Below are positions 57,571 to 64,000 of a stretch of DNA of 64,000 nt, one piece after another. Origin of the DNA: the human T2T-CHM13v2.0 reference genome, Homo sapiens. The notes below the pieces were generated by a model that saw nothing but the letters and a program-made list of their open reading frames with translations, ran no database searches and was not told where the DNA came from. A program made the position numbers and the translations under genes. Each line of letters opens with the position of its first letter. Position 1 is the first letter of the stretch. The stretch lies in NCBI RefSeq assembly GCF_009914755.1, contig NC_060935.1; one strand, written 5' to 3'.

Positions 57571-58816
57571 TGACTCCAACCTCCTCTTGTAGGGGTGCCA
57601 GAGGCCCCTGTGCGCTTTACCAGGCCTGGGAGTCTCCTCTCCTCACCCCAGCTGCTGCAGGACCTCACTGTCTTGGTACAGGTCCCTGCCAGGCCCCAAT
57701 GGGGCTTCCACACTCCAGGCCCCACAGGGAGCCCCTCAAGCCTTCGCCTCTCTCGTCACAGGCCTCCTCTGCTGAAATCTTCCCTTTTCTGGGGCTGCGG
57801 TCCTGCTCTATGTGGGTTCAGAGGCCTAAGCCTCCCCGTGTCTCCTGGTGCAGGTCAGAGACCCAGTGGCCACTGCTCCTGCCCCACAGCAGCCCTCCAG
57901 GCCCAGGACCGGGGACGACAGGGAGCACTGACTGAAGAGGAGGCTGTCTTTGGACACGGGGAGGATTCCAGGGCCTGTGGGGGCAGCTTCGGTGCTCAGG
58001 GCTCACACGTGTGACCCCCTCCTTCCGCTTTCCGGGGCCCCTTTGTTTTATAAAATGCCACAGAGGTCGAGGGGACATGAGGGTCAGGGGGGAGGGGGGT
58101 TCCTGGACTCGGGGCCACACCCAGTAGGGCTTGGGCAGGGCTCTAGGGCCCCACTGGCCAAAAGCTTCCTGAGATTACAGCAGTTTCCTCTTCCTGCCTC
58201 AGTGCCCCACGGACAGGGGGTGCAATCTGAGCAGAATGAGGTGACGTCACTGGGTCAGCGGCTCCTGTGGCATCTGGCCAAGGACAATGTGCTGAGAAGT
58301 TTCCCCTGAAAAAATCAGAAACAAAACTCACCTCAGGAGAGGCCCCTGCACCCTCCAAGAGGAAGTGGGAGTCACGTGAGGCTCGTCTTGATTGGGGTTC
58401 CTGGAGAGGAGGCCTCCTCTCCCCAGGTGGGGGCTCCTGTTTCCCCTGCTCTGCTCTGAGGTCCCCAGGGTCCAGTCCCCTCCCCACCCTATCCTGGAGC
58501 TTGTCAAGGCCACCAGAGACCTGCTCCCTGTGCCGTCTCAGACTGGACTCTGGGGTCTCCGGTGCCTCCTCTGATTCTGCACCTCGGTGCAGCCTCTGGC
58601 CTGGCTGCGCTCTGAGGAGCTCCCTGTGGCCACCGAGCCCTTGGAACGTGGCCAGTTCCATTCTCAAACTGCTGTGAGTGCAAAGCTCATGCTGGATTTT
58701 GAAGATTTGGTGAGAAAAAAAATTTCTTTGTAAAATGTCAGTATTTCATCAATAGTATATTTTGTTGATGATATGTTGAGAAACTATTTTGGATATGTTT
58801 GTTTAAGTAGATTGCT

Positions 58817-61225
<2,409 letters not shown>

Positions 61226-62695
61226 TAGGGTTTTAATTCACAGAGAAATAAAGAGCATCTGAGCATTCATCTTCCACAAAAGCAATCTGAAATTGTCTCT
61301 GTAAGTGGGCGCCCTGTCTTTCTGCAGGCTCAGAGTGGAGAATGAGGTTGCATCTCAGGATGGCCACAGCGCCTTCCTTCCCAAGCCCTTTCTTCAGCAG
61401 CCGTGGTGGGAGCTGCAGCCGAAAAGCCCCTTTGGAGTTGCAGCTAGAGGGTGCCTTCCAGGAGCTGCTGGGCCAGCTTCACCAATGCCTGCAGACGGTC
61501 AGGACAGATTCAGAGAAGCTCTGGGTCAGAACGAGGGTGAAAAGCCCCTTCCTCGAGCTTCCGGTCGAACAGCCCCATGGGGGTGCCCTGACCTTCTTGC
61601 TCTAATGCAGCTGCTGTTCCCCGGGGCAGCGACTCCCCTTCTCTCCCTCCCAAGTGCGGCCCTGCCCTCTTCACAGGCACACACCCCACAGCACGTGCAG
61701 TGCCTCAAGGCGCCCGAGGTGCACGGGGAGGCCCATCAGTGCTGTTCCCCAAGCCTCCAGCTTTCTTGCTGGAATCTTTCTTTCCCACCCCTTTGCAGCT
61801 TGGCATGAGCTTGTCACTTGAGGTGGCCAGTGAGATGTTGTGGGCATGAGAGGTGGTGCCAAGAGATCAGGCGTGACTCCACCTCCCGTTCCCACCTCGG
61901 AGGCCTGGCAGCACACGCTGGGGGCTCCCCAACCTGGGCGGCTGGGCGAGGACGAGGCGCAGACCCCACACCTGCCACAGGCCCACACTGGAGGGAGTCA
62001 GCGGCTGAGGGTCGGGCCGTTCGTTACCACCGCACAGCCTGGCTCATCCTGGCTGACTCGGGGCAGTGCTGCCCGGGCCAGGCGGAGCAGGGAGGACGTG
62101 GTGGGGTGTTTGGAAGGCGGAGCAAGAACCTAATAAATGTGAGCCCTGGACTCTGAGGCCGGGCAGCGAATGTTCTGCGGGTGCTGTCTGCGGCCGGATG
62201 TGGGTTTTGGCATCATGAGCTCAGGAGAGAACTGGCCGGTGGGTGAGCAGGTGCGAAAGGAAACCGAGAAAACCCGGGGGGTACTTTGTGGGTTAAAAGA
62301 GGCAACTGCCTTTCCATCCTGACCAGCAGAAGGGAAGACTGCAGAGACCCTCGAATGTCGATCTCAGCGGTTGCGGCTAGGATGGAATCAAGAGCAGGCC
62401 ACCGCACCCACTGCTGACAAATCTCCAGGTAGGGTCCGGCCAAGGGAATGGCCCAGGAAAGCCCTTTTATTGCACCAAATGCTCCAAGAAAAAGAGACTA
62501 AGGGAGTGATTCATGGTCTCAAGCCTGACCTGATGCCACGTTTTGTGCAGAGAGATTCTAGGGGGAGGGGGCAGTGGGGGCTGAGGACGGCCAAGGAAGG
62601 AAATGCAGCAAAGCCAAGAGCAGGGAGGACGAGCAGGTGTGACTCTGGAACAGGGACCTGACTAAATCAGACTGAAGTTTAAAAAGCTGATTTAC

Positions 62696-63676
<981 letters not shown>

Positions 63677-64000
63677 GTTGATCAAAGATTTGAAAGAGTT
63701 GCACTGTCCTAAAAACACAGGCTGGATCCAAAGAGATCATGACAACTTGAGACTCAAAGTAGCCCTTGGGCCCCCCATGTCTCTATAGGCAAGAAAGGAG
63801 CTGAGGAAGCCACTCAACTCTCCAGCACCCACCCTGTGCGGCCACGGAGGACCGTGGGGATGGGAAGTGTCCCCTCCACCGAGCACAGCCCTCATCTCTT
63901 CCCGGAAGTTGCTCCCCGGCGTCAGCGTCCTCACCCAGCCACACCTGGGACTTTGGAGTTGCTGCAGAGCATGACTGCTGGGATCTGCCTTCTTCCCTTC

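Larger units (their letters stand above)
56870..58030 (-). pseudogene. Decayed IFITM-type promoter and 5' exon-1 remnant
   Basis: Minus-strand ATGCTCAAGGAAGAGCAC (MLKEEH) at 56899. The ISRE block at 57212-57248 matches IFITM1 47003-47039. 57640-58010 is homologous to IFITM1 upstream 47225-47600. Confidence 0.75.

Noticed and set aside
63860-63934. EEMRAVLG similarity to [14 protein letters not shown] with a nearby TTCCCGGAA
   Set aside because: Too short, with no CD225 or promoter homology around it; likely chance.

Overview
Human (or very close primate) subtelomeric DNA, recognisable as the 11p15.5 NLRP6-PGGHG-IFITM cluster. I traced six intact spliced genes exon by exon: NLRP6 (+, 892 aa), PGGHG/ATHL1 (+, 737 aa), IFITM5 (-, 132 aa), IFITM2 (+, 132 aa), IFITM1 (-, 125 aa) and IFITM3 (-, 133 aa). 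The window also holds an MRPS24 processed pseudogene, many Alu, L1 and ERV-LTR elements, an ERV pol remnant and several VNTRs. Most notable observations: (1) IFITM1 lies between ~1.67-kb near-identical inverted repeats and is opposite to IFITM2, which by my recollection is the inverted allele relative to GRCh38. (2) A decayed extra IFITM promoter/exon-1 copy with intact ISRE and GAS motifs sits ~5 kb upstream of IFITM3. (3) A MER41-type LTR with tandem GAS motifs lies ~1 kb upstream of NLRP6. (4) A ~29-copy 39-bp VNTR has grown inside an ERV LTR just upstream of IFITM3. Gene and repeat names come from recalled sequences, not database searches, so repeat subfamilies and boundaries are approximate. 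No wholly new biological system can be demonstrated from the sequence alone.
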